From Psilocybe cubensis (taxonomy: Eukaryota), in contig CM039006.1 of the NCBI GenBank assembly GCA_017499595.2, positions 62,001 to 126,000 on the forward strand: 64,000 nt of DNA, in the 5' to 3' direction. The notes beneath the pieces were generated by a model that made no database searches, was not told where the DNA came from, and saw nothing but the letters and a program-made list of their open reading frames with translations. Below are positions 22,939 through 35,528 of the stretch, one piece after another. The translations under genes and the position numbers were made by a program. Position 1 is the stretch's first letter, and each line of letters opens with the position of its first letter.

Positions 22939-25900
22939 TCTCTTATCTTGCTCTAGGGCGATGTTGCCTTTATGTTATCCCACATACATCATGACAGTGT
23001 TAAAAAGTACTGAAACTTATCAAGATATTCAGTGTCTCCCAAGGTATTTGTATACTTTTTCATTGTCTCAGATACCAACTACATTCTGTTGGCTAGCATC
23101 AAACCTAAGGTACTACCCTATGGCCCTTGTGTGGGCCTCATCACCTGGAAGGTGACACCCCCCTCCTTCTTTCGGTGACGCTCACGCTTGTCTATCACCA
23201 GACGCCCCTGTGAGAACCCGTCTGAAAGACAGCGCGGTCGCTCTGGCCGCAACTGCGGCCTCACTGCGGCTGTCAGGGTCGCCGCAACCCTGCCTTCTCC
23301 CTCATTGGTCTGCGCAGGGTCCTGTAGAGGCCCTGTTCTGGGGCGTTTGGCGGTAGAAGCAGATTCGCGCCTGCATCAGAGACGGAAGGGAGGAGATAGA
23401 CCGTTAGACTTTGAGGGGATTGGTAAAAGGTGCGTTTGTAAATACCTATCTCGGTCTGCCGTCGACAACCTTCGCTTCCTGGAGTGTCTGGAAGCGTTGT
23501 TGACTCGGCTACTTTTGCAAGACACAGTCAGTTCTGCTGATGTGTTCATTTACTACGTGAAGGAAGGCTCTTACCTTTTGCCACCCTTCGTCGTAGAGGG
23601 ACGGTCAACCATCCTAAAAATTGGCAAAACATATATCAGTTCCACTCTCTGAAGATGAGAAAAGAAAACAGGTTATCATACCCTCCATCACGGTGCACAA
23701 GCCTAGCGAAAGGCTCGACGGGGTCAACCCCGGAGCTTCCTTCGCAGTTTAAATCCATCTGCATGGATCGAGTAGAACTTGTTCTCATTTCTCCGGTGTT
23801 GGAGTGAGAAATGCTGGTAAGATTTCCTGGGAGGTTATCGTGCCTCCCACTTCGATAGTATGAAACATGCTGCTCAACGCTTGCAAGCATTGGGCGGTGC
23901 AACTGTTTTTGCGATTCAAAATCCTCGGATACTTTAATGTTCCTTTCAGCGATCTTCGGCATTAGGAAAATCTGAGAGCATAACTAACCACGAGATTTTA
24001 GAGCCCCCAAACCCTCAACATTGACGTGCCTCACACGAGTAATTGGCTTAGGTGTACTGTACCAAATTCCTCCATGAGCAATGTCGATATATCGACATTG
24101 CTGTGTAGCTTCTTGGTCGTCTTCTAATGATGGTACTTGTGGGGTCAAATGATAATTTAAAAGCCTTATCACCAATATCAGTTTTAATTTACATCCTGTT
24201 GTAAGTTCGGACGTACTCATTATGCTGGCCCCCAGACGTATCCATCCGCTGATTACTGGTTGGTTGAGATTGGTATCCGCATAATGATGCCTCAAGGGAG
24301 GTTGAGGGGTGGCTTGAAGCCCTGAAGAAATCCTCAGAGATGTTGGTGGGTTGTAGAAAGGCTGTGCTATTATCTGGCGCATATGACAAATTCACATCTA
24401 TAGAGGGGAACGGCGCTAGCGACGATCCAGAAAATACTGCTCAAAAGTGTATTGTTAGCTTGAAGTTGCGAGCGTGGAGTACCTCGGTTATTACAGTGAG
24501 CATTCTCAAAATATTGAGAAGAATAAGAGGGAGACGGGACCGTCGCAGGCTCCTGGTGAAGTTGAAGGTGTGATGAAGATGCTGTCAGTTGAGCACATTC
24601 TTGCGGAGACGACTGAACAACAGAGTTGTAAAATGGTGTGTCTGACTGGGGGGCTGATGGGTATCCTTCGTTTGTCCCGGCATGCACCTTTGACGTCCAA
24701 TTGAAGCTTTCTGCTTAATTTACAGTCAGCGTCGAATTTCGAATGTAGATTATCCCTTATCTTACTATGCATATTGGCCGGACTTGGAAAAGAAGAGGAT
24801 GAGGATGATGCGATATGCTCGACGAGCATATCGAAGTCGCTTGAAAATGAGCGCACGGTGTTTGCATGGCTGCCGACGCTGTCCCAAAGACCATCTCTCA
24901 GTGGATAGCCTTCCAGTAATGGTTGGGTATTCTCTAAGGACCGATTGAAGAATCGATAAGAAAATCAACTTTATCAGAGGGGAGTGTACTCACCGTCCCA
25001 TAGCTCAGAGAACAGCAGATCATGGCCCAAGGGATAATCAAGAAAGCCATAATCGTACGTATTGCTGGAATCCATTTCTGGGTTGGATATACTGGCTTGG
25101 GGTAGCGATGTAGATGTGGGAAGGGGGCGGGAATGGTTTGTAGCAATAGAGAGATAAAATAAGATGTGTGATACAAGTGCAATGTCAGGGGTTCCAAACT
25201 AGGAGCGAGCATTATGCGTGTAGCATTAAACGGCGACGATGGGGTACAGCTGGTGTAAATTCACAGCCTGACGTCTTTATCAACAATCACTGATATTCTT
25301 TCTGCTTAGTGTGCATGACAGTATCTCACTACATGTATAAAACCTCCCTATTGTCCATGTGCCATACGATCCGAAGCTGCACGAGCTCCCTTAATGTTTT
25401 TCTCACCATGTCCTTCCGAATTGTCGCCGGCTATTATGGATACATACGCTCGTACCGGCACAGAACCACGAGGCTCATGCTGTGAATCCGTTTAGTAATC
25501 CCAGACCAGTTTTTTCAGCCGACGCAATACTCATATCTACTAAGAAAACATTCCCGAAAGAGAGGAGTTGAGGTTCAAGATGCTAGAGGTCGAAGACGGC
25601 TAGGAACATTATAGGCCCTGGCCTGTCAGCTGAAGGGAAGGCGAAGGTATGCAGCCGTTAAAATTATGATATCCCAGTATCAAATTTCAAAACCCGTCTA
25701 TGAATATCTCGGCTTTGGCACTTTAAATTTGTGCGCCTAAGTACTAGCTTGCTTCCGTGTGGCGGTCTAACGAGTGACGCAATCTGTCAGTCTCCAAACT
25801 ATGGCAGATAAATTAGCAGCACTTATTTATAATAGCCTATTAGTGCGTAATGGACTATTGAAGGGCGGCCAGAGAAACGAACTAGCCAGGCATTTATTTG

Positions 25901-26092
25901 CAGATAGCCATGTTGACGGTATCCACAACCCTGGTACGGCCTGTAAGAGTAACTCGGGACATAATGTATTTCCTTGCTATCAACCATCCCCAAAGCCATA
26001 GACAGAGGCAGCCAGTGAGACAGACGATGATTCATTCCTGATCCGCATCCGTCCAAGACGCACAATGTACATGTATGTTTCTATTCACTGTC

Positions 26093-29000
26093 CTACCCCT
26101 CCTCATCTGTCGTGTACTCTTCATAATGAAAGGGATAATCAAGAGGAACATCGAGAATTTTGTGGGACTCTGTGGCCTTAAGTTTCACTAACCAAGATTT
26201 CAACCGGTCGTACTCCATCCCACAAAAATATTTGTGGTTGTATTTCTAGATCCAGGTATGAGTACATAAGGGTTTACAGAAAGAGAATACCCGCACCCCC
26301 AAAAATTGCATTGTCAAGTCACAGAATCCAGACGGAGGTCTCCATCGATATTTACGATCCAGTTTATGCCAGATATAGTGCAGTAACCTAATCTTCGTTA
26401 GGTTCTCTTGTGTTGGGATTGCGTAAGGCATGCACTGGAGCAATGATAGGAAATGTTTATCTCGGAAGTCCATCCAGTATACTCTACCACCTTGGTCCAA
26501 GCTGCCATAGTGCTTTGATACAAGTACATTGAGAAGAAATGTGGCAAGATGGGGATACCAATCCAAGGCTACGATGGGCAAAACAGGGTGTCGGGTACCC
26601 AGTAATTGGTTAATCTCCAACACCGAGTGGAAGAGACGAATCCATGTGAGCCACAACTCACTGGTACCACCTCCAGCTCTTATATTCTCCGAAAGAATGT
26701 ATTTTCCGTTGAGCGTCGGAGATATACCCATAATGTGGTGGTTGTACTGCCTTCCGGAATCTTTGGCAGTAAGGAAGTACGACGAGTGTTCGATGTACAG
26801 TGATATGAGTGCGGAAAATGTGGTTTTAGCAGCCGCTTCGAATTTTACAATAAGCATACTGTCGTGTTCCTCGAGTACATGCCTATTTGTTCCGGTCTAT
26901 GACCCGATAAAATTAGTGTACGTGTCGGGGGTAGCGACTGAATAAAAAATACCAATTGTCTGTGAAGCCAACCCAATGAAGCGTTCGCAAATTGCGGCAA
27001 GTATTGGGGAAGCTTAGGCAGCTGTGGATGAATCAGAATATGTAGTATAGTCATCCTGTGAGAATTTTGGAGATATTCTCTTGAGCGGATATCAGATCGT
27101 GCTGGATTATGCAGGAAGCGAACCACTTCGTTCAATGGGGAATCCAGCGTAGCTTCCGTCCCGTTGAAGAGTTGATTAAGAAGTTCGATCACACGAACCA
27201 GACCTGGAGTTTCCCACTCTGCTACTAGGGCTGGAGGTAGGTATGTCCTCGATACTTTGTCAATCTCCTTTTCGAATACATCGAGAATGATTTCCACGTG
27301 TCCCCGATCTTTGTAACAGAAGATATTGACAATACCGTGCATGTCTTGGAGCTCTGATACAATGGCATCATTCGTAATATGCATTTCTGCGCCTATGTCC
27401 AGGATGTCAAAAGATGATGTATCCCTCCGCCAGCTTTGCCTAACAAGATACCCGAGAATGGGCCCGTCAAGAGAGGTAGCCTCGAGAACCTGCTGGGCTG
27501 AGATGGTCAATGCCAACATAACAGGTCGTTGAAGTGATTGCAGTAGATCCAGTAGAGGCTTTAATCCTTGCGCTGGTGTCGATTCCCTCCAACTCTGATC
27601 CCGTAGTATACATCTCTGGAACGTTGAAAGGAGCCACAATGTGTGCTTTGATCGAGGTATTTTTCTGTCTGCTTCGGATAATACCCCTTCAAGTGCTTCG
27701 TGTAGATATTTGAGCTCTTGGATAATAATATCCATGTCTGAGCTTGGAAGTTCCACGAGGCTATATAGGATAGTTGAAACAGTTGGAAAAGAAAAACCTA
27801 GGTGATATTGTGACGGTCCAATACTGTAGTAATTGAATATCAATAATTAAAACCAATATGCCGTCACGAAAGGTATACCGATTAATTATTCGATCAATGT
27901 CAGGATTGCCGTGTAGCAATTCTATCAAGTGCCGTATAATAACACAAAATGCGTGAATCGACGTGGACCATTCGTTGACCAGAAATTTCCCGGATCTAGA
28001 AGAATCTTTTATAAATTCTTCAAATGATAGGTGATGGAACGAAAGCCATGGTGTATCATATCTCGGGGTACCAAACGTTGGTATCAGTCTTTGTAAAAGT
28101 GGAGAACATTTGGATTCTGTTGTGCAAATCAAAGATCGCATGGATCGCAAAATTTGGCGCAGCTCTGGAGGAGAAACATTAAAAATGAACTCCATGACAC
28201 TTTCCGAGTTGCTGTAAGGCGTGCACAAAATGGCGCCCAGAACACGTTTAAGCGCGTCCCATCGTGGATACGATGACAAAATGGAGGCATACAGCTGGTC
28301 TAGTTCGGAGAATGCCAGAGCGTCATGAGGACCAGGTCTGATCAATATTCGAAGCTGTTCGAGGGGGTCACAGTGTAGGGAATCACCAATGAATTTTACG
28401 ACGGTGGATGCATAAACAAATTGTCCAGAGGCAGACCTAACGAATCGGTCGATGAGGTGGTCCTCGGGCCATGGCCGATGGACAGAATGCATTATTTCGA
28501 TGTTTTCTTCATATATCCTATTAAATTCACTGCGTAGGTAGGTTTTTATTCCAGCGTCGGCTTCAAGGTCGTCTCGCAAAGAAACGCGTTTCACGATAGA
28601 GCTGAAACACCCGGTCTCGAACACATCGGCTATCCAGTACTCTGGACGACTGATAATCAGGAAGCGCAGTGGGATGCAATGCTGAATAATAGCATTCGCA
28701 ATGGTGGACAAGATTGCGACCTGCATACGCTTCTCTCCAGAGCACTCGTCCAGGCCGTCAATGATGACCACTGGGTGGTGGGCCGGCCAATTGCGCACTT
28801 TGGTGAGAGGTCTGATAATGAGATTTTGAAGTTGGATATTGATCAATTTGGTAGGAAGTGTAGGATTCTCCTGCATGACGGTATCGAGTATGGTACGGTA
28901 ATCGGGGAAATTGATGGCAAGCTCGTGAGCAATGGTGGAAAATAGCTTGTTCCCGTCTCCGCGTCCAGGAGCTCCCTTTGCAAAGAAAAAACTCGAGCCA

Positions 29001-29392
29001 TATCTGCGATCAGTAGAACGCTCTTGTAGCATCATGGCAATGGAGTGTCCGATTGCTGATTTTCCAGCGCCTGCGGGACCATAGAGCCACAGGGCTTGCT
29101 TCTCAGGGGCTGGGTTGTCAATCCACTCCATGATGGTCTCAATAATCCTCTCCCGAGTACCTGGGTGGCATTGAGCTGGCGGAAATCGCTCCGCAGAGTT
29201 GTATATTGCATCGGAAGCTATGTATTTCTCGAGTAGATGTAAACCTGACAATCTTGTTTAAACAAATACTTCGATCCGTACGTTGACAATCCAGCACTCG
29301 CCTGTGTCCTTCCCCGGTCCGTAGATATTCTGCGTCTGAATGAAGTTCCCTCCATTGATCATTAGGTTGTGTGCGTCAGGAAACTGCTGCAT
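26093..29392 (-). CDS. NACHT-type STAND NTPase (fungal NLR-like), 5 exons, no recognisable C-terminal repeat domain
   Basis: CHPGTR, Walker A WLYGPAGAGKSAI, SFFF, Walker B VVIIDGLDEC, FLIISRPE, SGQFVYAST, LDQLY and FHHLSFEEFI. Exon 1 (29392-29302) is joined by a GC-AG intron (29301-29245). Further in-phase introns link ORFs 27761-29251, 26845-27843, 26246-26857 and a last exon ending TAG at 26093. Confidence 0.88.
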
Positions 29393-31882
29393 TGGTAAGT
29401 ACTAAAATTTCTGTGTCGAACGCAAGCCGATATGTAGCATAGGTGGGATTACCAACGGTTGGAGTGACTGATGGGAGAGAGGTAGAAAGGTTGTCATGGT
29501 GGTAAATCCCTACCTGAATCGTGTACTGTTCTTTCTCGCACGCTTCCATTACCAAGTACGACAGGCACAGCAACTTTTTTATACAGCCAATGTGAGAGTC
29601 TGGGGATTCGACGGGATGTTGGTTTAATTGAACCCGAGAACTAAAATAAACTAGATATATTTATACACAACAATTGTTTGCGTCCAAGCGCATCCTCACT
29701 GTCTATCAAATTATGATGTGTGCAAATATTAAGAGTATTAGATTATCGACTCAGTATCTGTTGCAAGCAAAACAAACACGTATTCTTGCAGGTCTCACGA
29801 AAGGTGGTTCGGTTTGGCTGGGAACGATCCTATGATACGAGTGCCAGGCAAGATGAATTTTCGAGCGGAGATTGAACAGGCTAACGCACTTCTCGTCTCG
29901 CATTCGCGCTCAAACCATTCTCTGTGCTTGTCCGTTAATGCAGCGCACCAGAATGGTGGTTCTAGATCTCGCACATGCCAAGAGACATCCAATTCAACAT
30001 TGACACCGACTGCTGCATCAGTGAGTTCGCACATCCGACACTCTCCTGTGAGCTCCAACTGCACTTTAACACAGCCGTTTGACTTCACACTCCCTCATCC
30101 AATATCGCGCAGCCCACATCAGCTCTAACGCAAATAGTGGTCAGGAGTCCAGGGTGAGTTGCACCCGCCGGCTTCTCGTCCCCTCTTCCACCTTTTCATC
30201 CCCCTCATCACTTTTCTGTCCAATCCCGTACCACTCTCAATTACCCTTCAAACCACACTCCGTTGAACTCCTTTCCTCCCTTACAAACACAGCTCATTCC
30301 ATGCCACTTCATTCACACAGTTCAACCCTTCAGAATCTCCACCCCCGACCTCTCCCCTCATCACACCACCTCCCACCCTTCCAATTAATGAACCAAACCA
30401 CCGTCGACCCTTTCTCGTACCAATTCCTCCGCTTGGATATATGTGAACCTATCCAAACTCGTCTCACAGTCCACAAAACAAGAGTCGTTCCTCCATACAT
30501 CATCCGGGCCCCGTTGACGGTCGTCAATGCACTGCGATGGGTTAATGGTCAGCTAGGGCATTTACGGATACAAATAGATGCAGGATCTGCTTATCGCCTA
30601 TGCCGCATGCAGTGCATGTTTCCCTCAACACCAATTGGAAAGGGGTGGGGTGTTTGACGAACTTACGGTGCGTTGCAACGTCTATGTACACTGTCGCCGT
30701 CTTCACATCACTCTTTAAACTTTCTGTATGTTTCAGCAGCATCCGGTATTCACCTCCACATGTCCCGTCCCGTTCACAAACCCCAGGAATTGTCCATGGC
30801 ATTCGGCTGAATTTGCGCAGCAGAGCATGCACGTCGCTCAACGATTCAAATCGTCGACCTCCGCACGTTCAACGTCAATGCACCTCTTGCACACTTGACC
30901 GCTCGCATTCTCTCCTCTCTCACAGTCACACTTATCGCCGCTCATTCCATTTGTGAACTGGGCCACCGCGTGCTCCCCATCAGGGGGTTTCGACAAATGG
31001 GCACGACAGCATATTGTACAATATAATTTATTGTTCATCGACGAACCTGAGAGCACGCATATACGCATGTTCAGCAGCTCGTGAAGAGGAGCCTGTGCGG
31101 GGTTGGGGGCGGGATTCAGTTGGTAGAGTTGCAGAGAGAAACGCGGCGCTTCGTATGGTCGAGCCTGGGCTCTTCCCGAACTTCTCCTCTGGTCGGCGTC
31201 TACCTCCTCTGTAGCCCTCAATACCACATCCTGGCTTCCACAGTGTTATCCAACACCGGCTCTACTTCACACTCCCCAGGGCATCTCTCCCTTGTCTGCT
31301 GTATCCTGAAAATGATAGAGATGAGCTCAACATATTATGTGCGTACGGAAATTCCATCATATCTCCTGCAAAAAATACATAAATATTGACGGTCCGAATC
31401 ATCCAGCAGTTTATCTCGACCCCTGCAACTCAGGCGCATGATGACAAACGCTTTGACATAACTATCTACTTATCATGATCTTCATACGATCGTATAAGTA
31501 CAAAACCATGAAGTCCATTATATCGATCAGCGTTCTGCGATATCAGTATTCCTGTGCCAACTAAGCCAGTTCTCAATCCATCTTTTCATACCTGACTTGG
31601 ATTGTGCCTTGTTGTCATGCAAGCTATAATATTCGCATTTGCTCAACATCCCTACTCCACAGCTGCCCGTGATCATTGCCATTTCCGTGGCACTTTGTGC
31701 TTTTTGCCGAGTGCCACAGCATACGAAGCCGTGCTTCGAGTTTGTGTATATATGGGTTTTGTAAGAATGATTCTACGTTGAAGTTCTACTAGAGCCAGAC
31801 CCTCAAGCCCACAAAATCCCCATGTATTATAGATCATGTATCATACACCTGTAAAGAGATTATATATATATACTATCATTAA

Positions 31883-32545
31883 GGGAGGTCAGAGCGTACG
31901 ATTCAGAGGCGATTCTAACACAATTCAGGTCGGGATTCAAGACCGATTCTGGGATCAAAATTTGCTTCCGAAGCGCAATTCACTCTGACCCCTTCCTGGA
32001 TATAATTTGCTTCACTCACGATTCACGTTTCCGATTTAGCAGTATAGCAAAGTCGATTTCTGTAATTTTCAACTTACATAGCATGCACAGTGATGCATAG
32101 TCATTTTCATTTAATTGAAGTATTGACTATGATATATTTGCTGCTAAAGCCTAAGACCAATATACCTCCTGTATTAACACAATTTCCATGTTCTGAAAGC
32201 ACAAAAAGAAAGGAGGATTCTGATTAATCCAATGTTTTCAACACATATATTAATAGCGGGAACATCCTCAAGAAGCTTTCAAATTGCTTCAGAAACTACA
32301 TATTCTAGGAGGAACAAATTATTTTAAGCCTGAATTCATAGAGGCAGAATCGCAATTCTGAAGCGGCTTGAATCGTTGGAGCAGCTTCAACGATTCAGAG
32401 GCGATTCAAGCCGCTTCAACGATTCTGAGGTGATTCAGCGATTCAGATTCTGAGGCCATTCAGCGTCTTCCCACGCTTTTGATCTCCAGAATGGCCTCTG
32501 AATCGCGTCGCTGAATCGCCGCTCAATCATCCACTCTGACCTCCT
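31883..32545. mobile_element. Non-autonomous DNA transposon/MITE-like element with GGAGGTCAGAG terminal inverted repeats
   Basis: Begins GGGAGGTCAGAG and ends CTCTGACCTCCT; many subterminal GATTCAG/CTGAATC repeats; AT-rich core; a related end recurs at 41977-42140. No clean TSD found, so the superfamily is unassigned. Confidence 0.65.
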
Positions 32546-33021
32546 CTATTGACACCAAGACCCATTGGATTACAACCTTACGTTTAACACAACTGTAACA
32601 TCACATGCAGAACACATTAATATGCATGTATAACATAGTTGTTGCGCAAAAATGTGTGTCACAAAGGCACACGCAACAACGCACGCACGCGCAGACAAGC
32701 CAATTTCTGTATGCCCTCGCAAGGTTGACAAGGATAAATGGAATAAAAGAGGAGTGAATAGTGGTATAGAACGTGATGTCGGGGAAAGTTGAATGCTGAA
32801 TGCTCCGGTATCCTCTCACACAAGTCCAGATGCCCGAGCTTGTCTTGGATGATATGATATCAACAGCGCGGCGATGATGCTCGATTTTTATAGTTCGCAA
32901 CGAGATAAAATGTTACTCGCGTCATAGCGAGGCCGCTGATGTCTGGTGGTACGGTATAAAGTACGCAGTGAATGCCTTTATGTTTTCCATCTACACATAC
33001 ACTCCCTCAATATTGTCTCCA

Positions 33022-34160
33022 ATGCAGAACAAAGAGAATTTTAACGTTGATACTGGCACTCAGTTAAATTCAACGATGGTACAGTGTTTTCTTTCAGGTA
33101 CGTGTTACCATGTACTCTATAGCCACCTCTGCCAACCACGACGTTTAGGTGTATACATGGTCATATACGGCGGGACGTTATATTTCTACTGTATGCATAA
33201 TGCATGCATGCATTACTCTGAAATACATTCACTAACGCGTGAAGTATGTCCCAGTATCAAAAAAGCAGCAAAGCAAGGCGCATCGTGCAGTGTTAGCCGC
33301 CATCACAGCGCTATACGCATTCTCACTCATCAATCTCGTCGTGCAATGGACAGGCAGCAACTCAACCGTCGTGTATAGCAGTGATACCCGGACGCACCTA
33401 TCTCAAGCCTCACTAAATATCCCGCAACGGATTCGGTTGATGATTGGAACGACACTCGCCGTGTCAATTTTGATTTCGGATGTTCTGCTCGTTTGTACAT
33501 TCTCTTGTGCACGGAAAGCATGAGCTTATATTTGATGTGTGGATAGATTTGGAGGTGTTACAGTATCTGGGGGGACTCCCTGAAAGTGGCCATGATCCCT
33601 TTAGTGCTTCTGGCTATCGAAATTGGTAAATATCTACAGTTGCTTGGATTAAATATGACATTAGAGCTGATAGAACCCCCCCAGTTATCGCAATCGCTAG
33701 CACAGTAATTGTCTGTTTACACCCACACATAACAGACGCACCAGCCGATTCCAAAATCGACTACGTCGCAGCCGCCGGGCTCCTGTTCTCACTATGCACC
33801 AACCTCTACACAACCTCTCTAATCGGGTACAGAATCTACACCACCACACGAGACATATCCACATCCCACAACCGCGGGCGGTACATGCGCATCTTCTTCG
33901 TGCTCGTCGAGACGTCCGCCATGTACATCTTCGTTCTCGTCGTCGTCGCCATCTGCCAGTTTGTCCCGCAGGTCAGCGAGCAGACGTACCCGCTGGTCGG
34001 GTTGAACGCGTATGCGACTGTGGCTCAGAGCATCCTGGTTTGTTTTCTTATCATTATAACATCATGAGGGAAATACTGAACAAAGATGTCACTTCAGGGC
34101 CTGATTCCAACAGCTATGGTTCTACGCCTGGTGCTTACTGGAATACGTACTTCCTCTTGA
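33022..34160 (+). CDS. Multi-pass (about 7 TM) membrane protein of an agaricomycete-type family, 6 exons
   Basis: Hydrophobic exons with ISDVLL|IWRCYSIW, TNLYTTSLIGYRIY, LVETSAMY and GLIPTAMVLRL, separated by short GT-AG introns. The C-terminal end is uncertain. Confidence 0.75.
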
Positions 34161-34785
34161 TGTCAGTCGATATCTATTATTAATCAACGCACTCCGAAGA
34201 CGTGTGAACATCAGCTTTCCTCGATGTAGCGCACCTAAGCCGTAAAACACACAATCCATTTTCTGCCCCTGTACTAAGGCGTGAAAATTTAATCACATGA
34301 TGTGTGGGACTTCACCGAATGCCGCCCGAACGTGGCCCGAACAACCCATTTTTCCTCGGACCTCCCCTTTAGCTCTATCATCCGAAGTGACGGTGCAGTT
34401 AGACAGTGATGGAGTCTGCCTTAGGCCAAATGCCATACATCACTGCACTACTGATTCCTGAGATTCGCGTTATGTTTGCGTTTCAAAAGTGACCTTCAAG
34501 TTCACGCCTGTTGTCCCTTCTTCAACTTGATGATGCTTCGTTTGTTCAACTCAATCACGACCCTCTTCCGTACACTGTAGGAACCGCTGAAAATTCAAAT
34601 CCTGCGAACGGAACAACGACTTGTATTTAGCGGCTGTTTGAATCAGCCACCCGTTACAGTAACCCTACAAATTACCTCATCCAAACCGTGCGCGCTTATA
34701 ATAGTGCTTCCGTGTCAAACTCCTAAAGCCTGAAGCTGAAGTCGTACGTCTATACATCCGATACCGTTCTCTCTCGCTTACTTCA

Positions 34786-35345
34786 ACCTCGTCTCGTCTC
34801 GCCGCTCGTCCTTTCTCGTCTCGTCTCGTCTCGTTCATTGAACCCGTCTCATCACGGCGTACGCGCCGTCTCGTCTCGTCTCGCGCCTCCATCTCGTCTC
34901 GCCTCATTTAAAAAATTCATCGAGGTTTGATCCTGAGACATTTACACAGTACAGCACTCTCCTCTCGTCTCGTCTCGTCTAGTTAGACTAGTTAGACTAG
35001 TGGCGACAAATTGACCTGAACGTGGTTAGCACGTCCACTGTCCACTGTCCACTGTTCACTGTCGAGAGTCGAGAGTCGAGAGTCGGGACTCGATAGTCGG
35101 GACTCGAGAGTCGATGGTCGACCACCTATCCTGATCGTCTTGCCGTGCTTGAATAGAACATTGTGGTGTTCGAACTAAAGCCATGTTCAGATTCAGATTC
35201 AGAGAGTCAGAGTCAGAGTCAGAGAGTCGGAGAGTCAGAGAGTCAGATGGCACAGGGGTCACAACTGGGAACGGCATCCTAAACACAATTGGATAGAATT
35301 GGATAGATAGATAGAAGTGGCAAAATAAAATAAAATAAAATAGCG
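34786..35345. repeat. Simple-repeat cluster: (TCTCG)n, (CACTGTC)n, (GTCGAGA)n, (TCAGAG)n, (TAAAA)n
   Basis: Directly visible short tandem repeats downstream of the G-alpha gene. Confidence 0.85.
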
Positions 35346-35528
35346 ATGAAACAGACCAAAACAAACGTCACTAACTAACTAACTATGCAAGTATATACAC
35401 AAAAACGGAGTAATGAGACCTTTAACAACTAGATAAACGTGTAGATCGACCGACCGACTCGCGCATATATGTACAGTATACATCTATGCACTCAACACTC
35501 TATGCGTTGCACGCACGCGTGCTGGCGA

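Noticed and set aside
20840-25212. Low-complexity ORF fragments on both strands
   Set aside because: Interrupted by stops, with no motif and no confident exon chain.
30079-31389. Possible gene divergent from the NLR (candidate effector partner)
   Set aside because: No coherent model and no sequence matching the NLR N-terminal motif found.
32330-32530. Regularly recurring short repeats resembling a CRISPR-like array
   Set aside because: Eukaryotic context, irregular spacing and no unique spacers; better explained as transposon subterminal repeats.
34323-34342. GCCCGAAC direct repeat with 11-bp period, with similar pairs near 20553-20570 and 44154-44171 (possible Zn-cluster sites)
   Set aside because: Short and degenerate; three instances in 64 kb cannot be separated from chance by eye.
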